In this document: positions 1 through 9,717 of the stretch, piece after piece
How positions within the stretch are numbered: the stretch's first letter is position 1
Layout of the letters: each line of letters opens with the position of its first letter
Sequence record: SRR31156797_762
Length of the DNA stretch: 54,860 nt
Reading direction: 5' to 3' (one strand)
Notes under the pieces: model-generated
Databases searched by the model: none
Seen by the model: only the letters and a program-made list of their open reading frames with translations
Told to the model about the DNA's origin: nothing
Made by a program: the position numbers and the translations under genes

Positions 1-1
1 G

Positions 2-373
2 GCTCCAATGCGTTCTCACATCTTCCACTTATTCCATACAGTAAAAACCGGACGTAAAGCTACTTTCTGGTATGGTGCTCGTTCTAAGAAAGAGATTTTC
101 TACCAGGATCAGTTTGAGGCTATCGAAAAGCAATTCCCGAACTTTAAGTTTAAAATTGCTTTAAGTGACCCACAACCGGAAGATAACTGGGAAGGATCAA
201 CAGGATTTATTCACCAGGTGATTCATGATGAGTATTTAATCAAGCATGAAGAGCCGGAAGATATAGAGTATTATCTATGTGGACCACCAATGATGAACGA
301 TGCGGTAAACAAAATGCTTTATGATTTAGGTGTACCTGATGAAATGATTGCATTTGATGACTTTGGATCTTAA
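2..373 (+). CDS. nqrF: Na+-translocating NADH:quinone oxidoreductase subunit F, C-terminal part (5'-truncated by the window edge)
   Basis: [23 protein letters not shown] and terminal FDDFG motifs of the NqrF NAD-binding domain; frame is open from the window start. Confidence 0.96.
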   Translation, partial: APMRSHIFHLFHTVKTGRKATFWYGARSKKEIFYQDQFEAIEKQFPNFKFKIALSDPQPEDNWEGSTGFIHQVIHDEYLIKHEEPEDIEYYLCGPPMMNDAVNKMLYDLGVPDEMIAFDDFGS

Positions 374-377
374 TTGT

Positions 378-412
378 AGTATTAAGACAAAAGTATAAAG
401 ACATAAGACATG
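378..412. repeat. Five degenerate 7-bp tandem units (AGTATTA AGACAAA AGTATAA AGACATA AGACATG)
   Basis: 7-bp periodicity read directly just after the nqrF stop. Confidence 0.6.
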
Positions 413-423
413 TTCTTATTTAC

Positions 424-454
424 AAAAAAGACTCCTTTTCGGGAGTCTTTTTTT
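424..454 (+). terminator. Intrinsic terminator of the nqr operon
   Basis: AAAAAAGACTCC-loop-GGAGTCTTTTTTT hairpin followed by a T-run. Confidence 0.9.
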
Positions 455-719
455 GTTTAATCAATATTCCATTGTAATCTTCATGTATTTGAAGTCTGAT
501 TTAGTCCGTTTCAGATAAAAGCTTTTGCTTTAAGTAATCTTACATATAATTTTGTTGGTCGTAAATAAAATGTGAAGAAAGGTAAAGTTTTTGTTAGTGG
601 AAATAACATAAAAATCAGTTGTATTTGATTATAGTTATCAATGACTTTTTTACTTTTATAGTTAGATAGAATTGATTCGATTTTATTTTTCGATTGACTT
701 ATTCTGATAATTCATAAGT

Positions 720-3700
720 ATGACCAAAAAGAGACTCGTAAGAAATATATTTTTAATAGCAGGCGGCTTTGTTCTGTTGCTGATTATTCTGGCAGAAATT
801 TTCAAAGAAGATATTGTTAAGATGGCTCTGTCGAAAGGTGCCAAAACTTTTGAAGTACCACTGTCGGTTGGAGAGGTAGATTTTAGTTTACTCTATCGTT
901 TCCCTTATGCCACAATCGAATTTAACGATTTATTGGTATTGAGTCATGAGTTATCCGATTCAATTAAGGAACCTGTAGATACTTTGGCCAGCATCTCAAA
1001 ACTTTATGCATCGGTGGATATTGTGCAGCTGACCAAGGGAAATATCCTGGTTAAGAAAATTGAGATTGAGGATGTATTGGCTAAATACAAAGTCGACTCT
1101 TTAGGTAACAGCAATTTTGATTTTCTTTTAAAGGCTTCAGAACAAGATACGATCTCTACCCTTGAGGATACTACTAAAGTTCAAGGAGTATTTACTTTGG
1201 ATGAACTTACATTAGAAAATATAGAGTTAGCCTATCGTGATGAAAAGCTATCGACAGCTGCAGATGTACTCATCACCCAATTAAAAATGAATGGAGAGTT
1301 GGAGCCTTCCGGTTTTAAAGCTTCAACCAATGGAAATATCTTAATTAAATCTTTGCAATACGACGCATATAACTTAAAGGGTTTATCCAATAGTCATATC
1401 GATTTTAATATAACAGCTTTAAATGATTCCTTATCAATCCAATCCTTACAATTAAATACTGGTTCCGGAATGGTGGAACTGGCGGGAAGTATGCTTCAGG
1501 GAGATAGTGCGTATGTTGATGTACAAATTGCAGGGAAGCAACTGGATATAGCGCAAAATATTTCTATTCTTCCACAGCAGATGCTAAAAGAATTTAAAAT
1601 TAAAAACGCAGGTGGAGAATTGAATTTTGAGGCTTCTGCTAAAGGTTATCTATCTGAATATAATTTACCTCAAATAAATGCGTCTTTAAAGCTTGATAAC
1701 GGTGCTGTGTTATATGATATCTACCCTCAAATTAAGAACATTCAGATTGATGCTAATGTATCAAATGGCTATGCCGTTACCGCGCAATCATTGGTACTCA
1801 ACCTTAAAAAGTTTTATGCAGAAACAAATAGAAGTCGAATTGATATGGCAGCTCGCATTCAAAAGCAGGAGCAATTGCAATACGATGTAAAGGCTAAACT
1901 ATCAACCAGTCTGGAAGAACTTCTACCTTTTGTTCCGGATTCTACCATTCGTGAGTTGAAAGGAAAATTATCGACTAATATAAAAACCGCAGGTGTGCTG
2001 CCTGATTCAATTAATGCTGATTTTATAGATTACTTTTTAAATAGAACACAATTGAGTTTAGCCCTCAATAATATATATCTGAAAAAGGATTCTATACCTG
2101 AAATTAAGGATTTAGGAGGTTCTTTGAATTACCAGCCAGGACATCTGAGTTTAAAAGAATTAAAGGTGAATGTTCCTGAGTATAATGCCACTTTGAGCAA
2201 TGGGTATTTTAAAGGTACGTTTAAAGGCAAATTAAGTGATTATGAGCATCTCTCTTTTAAAGTGGATAGTCTTTTGCTGGAAACTCCATCATCGGCAGTA
2301 ATCATGAAAGGAAATATAGCAGGTTTAAAGCAGATCAACTATGATGTAAATACCTGGGTGAAATTAGGTTTGTCGGAGATAAAATCGATGCTGCCAGATT
2401 CACTTGCCAATGATATGAGTGGAGATATAGCCATGCATCTACAATCGCAAGGTGCTTTTGATATTGATTCGGTGGCTGACAAAGCCCTGCCTTTGCTTTT
2501 TGAGCAGAGTAGCTTTACAATAGGTATGGATAGGGTAAGTTTAAATATGCCTGACACTATTATGAACGTACAGCAGTTATCCGGACTGTTGGAGTATAAA
2601 AATGATTCCATCTGGCTGAATAAGATAACAGGGAATTATTTGGGTTTATATTTTGGTGCAGATTCTACCACCATTTCCAATGTATATACAGGAGCCGTTC
2701 AGAATAATCCTAAACAAATGCATGTGCATGGTGATTTTGAAGCGGGAGATTTGAATTATGCCTGGATAGAAGCATTTATGATTGATACCGTTCCCAAATC
2801 GGAAGCAGAAATACAAGCAGAGATACAAGAAAGGCAAACGACAGAACCTTATGTACAAAGGTTTACAACTAAAGTAAATGGAAAAGTAAAATTACGCAGC
2901 TTTAAATATGGCGATATACTTGCTGAAAATATAGATTCAAAATTTCTGGCAAAAATAGATGATGGATACTTTGTGGCAGACCAATTGAGTTGTAATGTTT
3001 TTGGTGGAGATGTATTGGCCTCTGTTAAGTATCAGTTGGCTGATACGGCTATTTTTACGGATGTATTGAGTTTTAGGGCCGATGCCAAGAATGTAAATAT
3101 GTCTCGAATGTTAGGTGAGCTGGAGTCTTTTATTGATTATGAAGATTTTTCAAAGGACAAAGTAAAAGGAACTCTATCCTCCAAAATGGATGGTAGAGTA
3201 GTATTAAAGGATTATAATGTGGTCTATGACTCATTAATGCTTAGTGGAGATTTGCTGCTTGAAGAAGGAGCGTTGGTTAATGTTAAGCCAGTAATGCTGA
3301 TAGAGAAAAATGCATTTCTCGGTATTAGCGGTTTGTCAAATCTGCGATTCAGCACATTGGAGAGTAGTCTGTTTATGTACAACAATAAAGTCTATATTCC
3401 TCAAACTTTAATTAAATCAACTTCATTTGATGCAAGTTTTCTGGGGATGTATGGGTTTGATGGTTTATATGCTTATCATGTTAGAATGTTTTTAGGAGAA
3501 ATATTGGCGGGGAAATCTAAATATAATCTTAAAAAGCAAAAGAAGGATATGGGTTTTGTTGAAGAAAGTGAGGATGAAGCAAAAAGAGGAAGGTCAGCTG
3601 TATATGTAGTATCTTCTTTTGATGGAAAGAAGGAAAAGGCATGGTTTGACAATAAAAACGATAGAGAGAAAATGCAAAATACAGTCAGGGTAAAGCAAAG

Positions 3701-3761
3701 GATTTTAGGTTTTAACTTTTTTCCTAAGAAAGTTAAATATGAAACTGAGGTAAAAGATTAA
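720..3761 (+). CDS. AsmA-like / bridge-like (RBG) lipid-transfer family protein
   Basis: N-terminal TM anchor, AsmA-type N-terminus (VDFSLLYRFPYATIEFND), 1013 aa of amphipathic beta repeats, AsmA-like C-terminus. Confidence 0.8.
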   Translation: MTKKRLVRNIFLIAGGFVLLLIILAEIFKEDIVKMALSKGAKTFEVPLSVGEVDFSLLYRFPYATIEFNDLLVLSHELSDSIKEPVDTLASISKLYASVDIVQLTKGNILVKKIEIEDVLAKYKVDSLGNSNFDFLLKASEQDTISTLEDTTKVQGVFTLDELTLENIELAYRDEKLSTAADVLITQLKMNGELEPSGFKASTNGNILIKSLQYDAYNLKGLSNSHIDFNITALNDSLSIQSLQLNTGSGMVELAGSMLQGDSAYVDVQIAGKQLDIAQNISILPQQMLKEFKIKNAGGELNFEASAKGYLSEYNLPQINASLKLDNGAVLYDIYPQIKNIQIDANVSNGYAVTAQSLVLNLKKFYAETNRSRIDMAARIQKQEQLQYDVKAKLSTSLEELLPFVPDSTIRELKGKLSTNIKTAGVLPDSINADFIDYFLNRTQLSLALNNIYLKKDSIPEIKDLGGSLNYQPGHLSLKELKVNVPEYNATLSNGYFKGTFKGKLSDYEHLSFKVDSLLLETPSSAVIMKGNIAGLKQINYDVNTWVKLGLSEIKSMLPDSLANDMSGDIAMHLQSQGAFDIDSVADKALPLLFEQSSFTIGMDRVSLNMPDTIMNVQQLSGLLEYKNDSIWLNKITGNYLGLYFGADSTTISNVYTGAVQNNPKQMHVHGDFEAGDLNYAWIEAFMIDTVPKSEAEIQAEIQERQTTEPYVQRFTTKVNGKVKLRSFKYGDILAENIDSKFLAKIDDGYFVADQLSCNVFGGDVLASVKYQLADTAIFTDVLSFRADAKNVNMSRMLGELESFIDYEDFSKDKVKGTLSSKMDGRVVLKDYNVVYDSLMLSGDLLLEEGALVNVKPVMLIEKNAFLGISGLSNLRFSTLESSLFMYNNKVYIPQTLIKSTSFDASFLGMYGFDGLYAYHVRMFLGEILAGKSKYNLKKQKKDMGFVEESEDEAKRGRSAVYVVSSFDGKKEKAWFDNKNDREKMQNTVRVKQRILGFNFFPKKVKYETEVKD

Positions 3762-3763
3762 AA

Positions 3764-4399
3764 TTGAAAAAGAAGCTTATAAAAAATATCTTATATGCAT
3801 TATCAATACTAATTCTATTATTGATAAGTGCAAAAGTGTATACCTATTTTCTTCAGAAAAGTAAAAGGACAGCATTAATAAATGAATTGATTCAGCCAAA
3901 GGATAGTGATATCGTATTTGGAAATAGGGAGGCAGCAGAATCAATTTATATGTTTGGGAACTACAATTGCTCACACTGCATAAGTTTTTTTAAAAATGAA
4001 TTCCCATTGATAGAAGCTGAAATTTTACAGGCTGAAGAAATAAATATGAGGTTAAAGGTTATTCCTTTTACATTGCATGAGGAGATGCTGGAAGCCTATT
4101 CTTTTGCAATATGTGTGAATAACTTTGGTAAGTACGAAGCATTTCATAACTTATTATTATTAGATTTTAATTTAATTTATTCGGAACAATTCCAAGAGTT
4201 AAAAAATGATATCATGATTAAAAATGAAGCTATTGCACAAAGTTATTTGGGAGGTGAATTCTTGGATGATTTAAAGGAGAATAAAAAGGAGTTTATGCAG
4301 GTGAAATTTAGAGGAACTCCTACCTTTGTATTTCGAAACAAAGTGTTTACTGGAAAAATTAGTTATCAGGATTTAAAAGAGATATTAAGCAATAATTAA
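3764..4399 (+). CDS. Membrane-anchored DsbA/thioredoxin-fold oxidoreductase
   Basis: N-terminal TM, CSHC active-site motif, GTPTF cis-Pro loop; TTG start 2 bp after the asmA stop. Confidence 0.8.
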   Translation: MKKKLIKNILYALSILILLLISAKVYTYFLQKSKRTALINELIQPKDSDIVFGNREAAESIYMFGNYNCSHCISFFKNEFPLIEAEILQAEEINMRLKVIPFTLHEEMLEAYSFAICVNNFGKYEAFHNLLLLDFNLIYSEQFQELKNDIMIKNEAIAQSYLGGEFLDDLKENKKEFMQVKFRGTPTFVFRNKVFTGKISYQDLKEILSNN

Positions 4400-4407
4400 T
4401 TTATACT

Positions 4408-4752
4408 ATGATGAAAAAGTTATTTGTATTTCCAATCTTATTGGTTTTGATGTTGTTAATAGTGTCGTGTGAAGAAGATAATGACGTATGTGAGGCATTT
4501 GAACCAACAACATGTGATATTCTGGCAACCTTTTGCAGTGATGGCGAATTTGGCTATTACGAATATGATGGGAACAAGTATATCTGTGCTGATGAGGAGT
4601 GTGTTCAAGCTACAGAAGATGTTTATAAAGCAGCTGGCTGCTTGGGATCTACAGCTACGATTAAGTTAACATCCGAGCATTATATTTATGCCAGTACTGT
4701 TGTAAAACGTGTCTTTGAAGAAGCAAGAGCTTCATGCGCTGGTTGCAACTAA
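4408..4752 (+). CDS. Small cysteine-rich lipoprotein
   Basis: Lipobox LIVSC, acidic residues after the Cys, eight further Cys. Confidence 0.75.
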   Translation: MMKKLFVFPILLVLMLLIVSCEEDNDVCEAFEPTTCDILATFCSDGEFGYYEYDGNKYICADEECVQATEDVYKAAGCLGSTATIKLTSEHYIYASTVVKRVFEEARASCAGCN

Positions 4753-4795
4753 AAACAATACAATATTTTGTTATAAACTGCTTTGAGCAGTAGAT

Positions 4796-4823
4796 AAGGC
4801 TGGAAGTAATTCCGGCCTTTTTT
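4796..4823 (+). terminator. Intrinsic terminator
   Basis: AAGGCTGGAA-GTAA-TTCCGGCCTT hairpin followed by a T-run. Confidence 0.85.
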
Positions 4824-4989
4824 ATTCTGTTCTTATTTAGAGCACCTGCCTTTTTTAATTAATTTTTTGCGTAAACACCTTACGTAACTTTCCCGAATCA
4901 CCAATCTTATTTAAGTACTTGCTTGCTTAAAAAATACTATTTATTTTAGTTGTACGTTTTAACTAACAAATAATCAACACAACAACACA

Positions 4990-6654
4990 ATGGCAGCAAT
5001 TGACAAACTAGAGGGAACTCTGGGGCGTGAAAATGCAGCTCATCTTTTACGTAGAGCAACTTTTGGCTTAAGCGAAGATGCGATACGACGATTTGCTTCA
5101 TACACTATTGATGAAGCCATGGATGAACTCTTTTCTGAACCAGAACAAGTGGAGTTACCGGTGGATTTAAAAACCGGAGAAACCTGGTTAAACCCCAAAG
5201 CAACCAGTACCAATAGCGAGCAAGACGATTTAACGAATTACTTTGTTATTTGGCATCTGGAACAAATGAGAAAATCCGGAACAAATATTTCGGAACGATT
5301 AACTTACTTTTTACACACTCACCTTCCGGTAAGACGAACTTTGGTGCAGTCTTCTGAGATGTTGTACTATCAAAATGCCCTTTTCAGGCAATTTGTATTG
5401 GGCAGTTTTAAAACTTTGTTTAAACATATCTGTCTGGATAATGCCATGCTTATTTATTTGGATAATGCCACCAATGATGTGAGTAGTCCCAATGAAAACT
5501 TTGCACGCGAAATGTTCGAGCTTTATTCTATTGGCAGAGGCAATCAGGTGACTGAGGGTGATTATACGAATTACACTGAGGATGATATTAAGGCAGCAAC
5601 CAGGATATTGACCGGGTATCAGGTGGATGAAACCTTATTGCATGTAGATGACGATACCCAGCTTCCAAGTGGAAAACTAAAAACAGTAGAGCAAAATGGC
5701 GTTTTTATTGCTAACAGACACGATGCCGGGGAAAAGGTTTTTAGTCACCGTTTTGGAGATAGAATTATTTCGCCAAGTGAGTTAGTGGATGGCTATGCCA
5801 CAGAAGAGGCAGCTCAGCAAGAGTTTGACGACATGATTGAAATGATTTTTGATCAGGACGAAACAGCTCGTTTTATCACGCGTAAATTGTATCGTTTTTT
5901 TGTTTATTATCAGATTGATGATCGGATAGAGACAAATGTTATTCAGCCTTTAGCTGCACAATTTAAAGCGGCTGATTATGATATTCCCACTTTGGTTAAG
6001 GCATTACTAAGCTCAGTTCATTTTTATGATGCGGATGATACAGAAACTGAAAATAATATTAAAGGTTCTATCATAAAATCTCCAATCGAATTAATCTGGG
6101 GAACCTTTAATCTTTTTCAGGTTGAGATGCCTGATGATCTGACTTTGTTGTACGACACGGTTTATGCAAAAGGTATATTTCAATGGATCGAAGACCAGGG
6201 GCTCAATTTTTATGAACCATTTGAAGTGGCCGGCTATCCGGCTTATCACCAGTTTCCGGTTTATAGCCGTAGTTGGATTCGGCCTCATACCCTAGCATAT
6301 CGATACCAGTTTGGTGAGTTAATCTTAAATGGAGAGAATAGAAATGGCGATGATTTAGGTGTTAAGATGAACATATTGCATTGGGCAGAGAATAGCGGTG
6401 CAATCTCAGACCCCGGAAGTGCACAAGAGCTGGTTGATACTTTTCTTGAACTAATGATTCCTTTTTCATTGGCAGAGGAAAGGCGTGATTTCTTTTTGAC
6501 TACTGTTTTCTTAGATGGATTATATCCGGCTGCCTGGCGTAGCGAATGGGATAATTATCTGGCTCAACCAGATAATTATCGAACTACGGTGGAGTCGCGT
6601 ATGGCATTATTAGTTAATGCGATTATGCAATCTCCCGAGTACCAACTTTTCTAA
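4990..6654 (+). CDS. DUF1800 family protein
   Basis: HLLRRATFG, AMLIYLDN, PNENFAREMFELYSIG, IKSP and terminal SPEYQL motifs; directly upstream of DUF1501. Confidence 0.92.
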   Translation: MAAIDKLEGTLGRENAAHLLRRATFGLSEDAIRRFASYTIDEAMDELFSEPEQVELPVDLKTGETWLNPKATSTNSEQDDLTNYFVIWHLEQMRKSGTNISERLTYFLHTHLPVRRTLVQSSEMLYYQNALFRQFVLGSFKTLFKHICLDNAMLIYLDNATNDVSSPNENFAREMFELYSIGRGNQVTEGDYTNYTEDDIKAATRILTGYQVDETLLHVDDDTQLPSGKLKTVEQNGVFIANRHDAGEKVFSHRFGDRIISPSELVDGYATEEAAQQEFDDMIEMIFDQDETARFITRKLYRFFVYYQIDDRIETNVIQPLAAQFKAADYDIPTLVKALLSSVHFYDADDTETENNIKGSIIKSPIELIWGTFNLFQVEMPDDLTLLYDTVYAKGIFQWIEDQGLNFYEPFEVAGYPAYHQFPVYSRSWIRPHTLAYRYQFGELILNGENRNGDDLGVKMNILHWAENSGAISDPGSAQELVDTFLELMIPFSLAEERRDFFLTTVFLDGLYPAAWRSEWDNYLAQPDNYRTTVESRMALLVNAIMQSPEYQLF

Positions 6655-6721
6655 GCTCAATTTTCCAATATTAGAGAATGTGAGCATGTAAACAAGAAAC
6701 TCTAAATCAACACACACACAA

Positions 6722-8368
6722 ATGAAAAGAAGAAGTTTTTTACGAAATATAGGTGTAGCATCGGGAAGTATTGCCTTAGCAGGCGTTCCCTTGCGTGCTA
6801 TGGCATCACGAGGTGCTTTTGCAAAGGCAGCCTTGGAAGGGGATAATCAAAATGTATTAATTTTTATTCAGTTACATGGAGGTAATGATGGACTGAATTC
6901 ATTGGTACCTATAGGGCAGTATAACGAATATTATAATGCACGTCCGAATATTGCTTTGCCTGATTATGGAAGCAGAAGTATTATCAATGTAGATAATTCC
7001 ATTCCCATCAACAGGCAAGTGGGATTGCATCCAGATATGCTGCATTTTAAACAATTGTATGATCAGGGAAAAGCAGTTGTGGTTCAAAATGTTGGTTATC
7101 CGGATATGAATGGTTCTCATTTTTGTGGACGTGATCTGGTATTTATGGGCTTGGATGGAACCGAGGATGATGCAGATGTTGCATCTGGTTGGATGGGGCG
7201 TTTTTTGAACCTGGAATATCCCAATTATCCGGAGTCTTATCCAAATGATTCAATGCAAGACCCTATTGCAATTGAGATGGGAAGTGCCATGTCATTAGCC
7301 TTTCACAGGGAAGAAGGTATACCTGTTGGATTAAATGTGCAAAGCCCTGAGGCTTTTTATAATTTAATTAATAGTGTTGGAGTAGAAGGAGGCACGCTAT
7401 ATAAACCCGACGGCCATGCCGGAGATGAACTGGAATATCTTTGGCAGTTTGAAGGTATGTCGAATGTGTATGCCGGCCGATTAAAGGAGGTGTATGATAA
7501 CGGTTCTAACTCCGCAGTGGAATATCCGGAACAGTATCCGGCTCCTACATCATCCAATTATAAAAAAAATCCGTTGTCAGCTCAACTGAGATTAATTGCC
7601 CGCTTGTTGAAGGGAGGTATCAAAACACGAATTTTTATGTGTAGGATGGGAGGATTCGATACGCATGGAAACCAGGTGGAAAGCTATGATTCTACTTTGG
7701 GAATTCATGCAGCCTTAATGTATCACTTGTCTTCGGCGATTAAAGCTTTTCAGGATGACCTGGCCAATATGGAGTTGGAGGACAAAGTGCTAACCATGAC
7801 TTTTACCGAGTTTGGAAGAAGGGTGTATTCGAATAACAGTTATGGAACCGACCACGGCACTTCTACGCCTGTATTTGTTTTCGGAAAGGCAGTTAAGAGC
7901 CAGGTGGTTGGAGATAATCCCGACTTGAATGATTTAAAAGGAGGCAACATGAAGTATCAGGTAGATTACCGTCAGGTATACACGTCTGTGCTAAAGGATT
8001 GGTTTGGAGCAAGTGACGAAACACTGGAGGTAGCCCGTTTCGACCGTTTTATTGATAATAGAATAGATATTTTAGGTTTGGATATTAGCGTCAAGGAATT
8101 GGAAGCTGGTAAAATTAAAGCCTTTGTATACCCAAACCCAGCTGCAGAAAAAATTACCATAACTTACAGTATGCTTATGCCTGGTGCAGCCGATATTCAA
8201 ATTTTTGATGTGACCGGTAAAGTACTCTACCAAAAGAAAGTTAATGGTCTAAATTATGGAACGCATCGTTTTGTGTTAAATATTAGTTCGTTATCAGCCG
8301 GACAGTATGTGTTTCTTGTTAAAACCGAACATTATACCGAAAGTGGAAAGTTTATTGTTAAAAGATAA
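6722..8368 (+). CDS. DUF1501 family protein with twin-arginine signal and T9SS type A C-terminal domain
   Basis: MKRRSFL; IQLHGGNDGLN, SHF, GGFDTH, TEFGRR, GTDHG motifs; C-terminal VYPNP...IFDVTGK...LSAGQY...KFIVK. Confidence 0.92.
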   Translation: MKRRSFLRNIGVASGSIALAGVPLRAMASRGAFAKAALEGDNQNVLIFIQLHGGNDGLNSLVPIGQYNEYYNARPNIALPDYGSRSIINVDNSIPINRQVGLHPDMLHFKQLYDQGKAVVVQNVGYPDMNGSHFCGRDLVFMGLDGTEDDADVASGWMGRFLNLEYPNYPESYPNDSMQDPIAIEMGSAMSLAFHREEGIPVGLNVQSPEAFYNLINSVGVEGGTLYKPDGHAGDELEYLWQFEGMSNVYAGRLKEVYDNGSNSAVEYPEQYPAPTSSNYKKNPLSAQLRLIARLLKGGIKTRIFMCRMGGFDTHGNQVESYDSTLGIHAALMYHLSSAIKAFQDDLANMELEDKVLTMTFTEFGRRVYSNNSYGTDHGTSTPVFVFGKAVKSQVVGDNPDLNDLKGGNMKYQVDYRQVYTSVLKDWFGASDETLEVARFDRFIDNRIDILGLDISVKELEAGKIKAFVYPNPAAEKITITYSMLMPGAADIQIFDVTGKVLYQKKVNGLNYGTHRFVLNISSLSAGQYVFLVKTEHYTESGKFIVKR

Positions 8369-8397
8369 ATCAGAGACTTAGAGTTAGGTAAATTGAG

Positions 8398-8435
8398 ATA
8401 GCCAAGGGAATTAATTTTCTCTTAGCTATTTTTTT
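8398..8435 (+). terminator. Intrinsic terminator
   Basis: ATAGCCAAGGGAA / TTCTCTTAGCTAT imperfect stem followed by a T-run. Confidence 0.7.
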
Positions 8436-8464
8436 AATAATTCACAAGGCGAAAGTTCTAAATT

Positions 8465-9658
8465 CTATAATTCTTCCGGTCTTATTTTGTAGCTGATAAT
8501 ACGCTGAAATCTTCCATCTACCCATGTTTTGCCAACAATAACAAATGCTTCGTCATCAGTCTTAAAAAAGCTGGATATTTCAACCGGGTTGGTATGACCT
8601 AAATATTTGGTGTGGATAAGCTCATTTGTTTCAGTATCAAAAAAGTAAATAGCCATCTGGTTATTTTTGGTGGTACAAGCATAGGCAATAATTGATTTCC
8701 CCTTATAGTCATCGTAAATAATTCTGAAATTAGATGAGGTAGAAAGCTCTGGGAAATCAATTGCGTTTAGTTGGCTTATGTTTTGTGTGGAATTTACATC
8801 AATTTCAACATCAGGATTTATGGCTATAGAATTAGTGTTAAATTCCGATTTAACAATGGCAAAATGTTCCTCTTCTTTATGTAGAGAAGCTCCCATTCCA
8901 CCTATTTCCTGATAACCATTGACACGACCGCTTATATTACCACTACTTTGTTCTAAAAACAAAAGCGATAAGGTATAGTTCGAAAAAGCGTTTACTGCAT
9001 AATAACTACTGTTATTTACATCAAAAGACTGGATGAAAAAAGGGAATGGATCTCTTTGTTTTTTCAAATGCTGGAAAATTTCGTAGGAGAAATCTTTATT
9101 CGTTGCAGTACGTTGTGTAAATATCTCATTGTTGGAATCATCATATCCACTCATTACGGTATTAAGGCCAATTCCATCATACGATAGAATCAAAGTTGTT
9201 TTACTGCTTTCGTTGTAATGTGCAGCCAGCGGGTAGGTATTACTCAGTTCCGAATTTTCATTGACTTCACCACTAATATGATCGATGGACAATAATTTAG
9301 TCCGAAAAGAAAGGTCATCCATGCAAACCAGTCTCAATTCATTACCAACTTTAAGTATGTTGGGCACGGGACTAACATAAGAGGTTTCCAAAGATTTGCT
9401 CCAGAGGATTTGTCCTGAACTACTGGATTTGATCAGGTGAATACCCGGGTAGTTGCTCATGTTACTGTTAGAAATGGCACTCAAAATCAATATGCCATTA
9501 TCCGATGTTTCTACGGCATCAACAGGGTAATACGATGATGTAATATCCGGATCATCAAATATTTTTACGAATTCGTACTCAGGAGATACATTGCTGTTAC
9601 TTATATCGCATGAAATGCAGAAAAGTACTAATGCTAAGCTAAATATAATCGGTTTCAT
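8465..9658 (-). CDS. Hypothetical lipoprotein, probably beta-rich/propeller-like
   Basis: Lipobox FCISC; long ORF with short beta-type segments. Confidence 0.7.
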   Translation of the reverse strand: MKPIIFSLALVLFCISCDISNSNVSPEYEFVKIFDDPDITSSYYPVDAVETSDNGILILSAISNSNMSNYPGIHLIKSSSSGQILWSKSLETSYVSPVPNILKVGNELRLVCMDDLSFRTKLLSIDHISGEVNENSELSNTYPLAAHYNESSKTTLILSYDGIGLNTVMSGYDDSNNEIFTQRTATNKDFSYEIFQHLKKQRDPFPFFIQSFDVNNSSYYAVNAFSNYTLSLLFLEQSSGNISGRVNGYQEIGGMGASLHKEEEHFAIVKSEFNTNSIAINPDVEIDVNSTQNISQLNAIDFPELSTSSNFRIIYDDYKGKSIIAYACTTKNNQMAIYFFDTETNELIHTKYLGHTNPVEISSFFKTDDEAFVIVGKTWVDGRFQRIISYKIRPEEL

Positions 9659-9717
9659 ATGCTTGTTTCAATTAATAATTTGTTGAAGAGGTGTAAATAA
9701 AAGTAGTTACAGATCAA

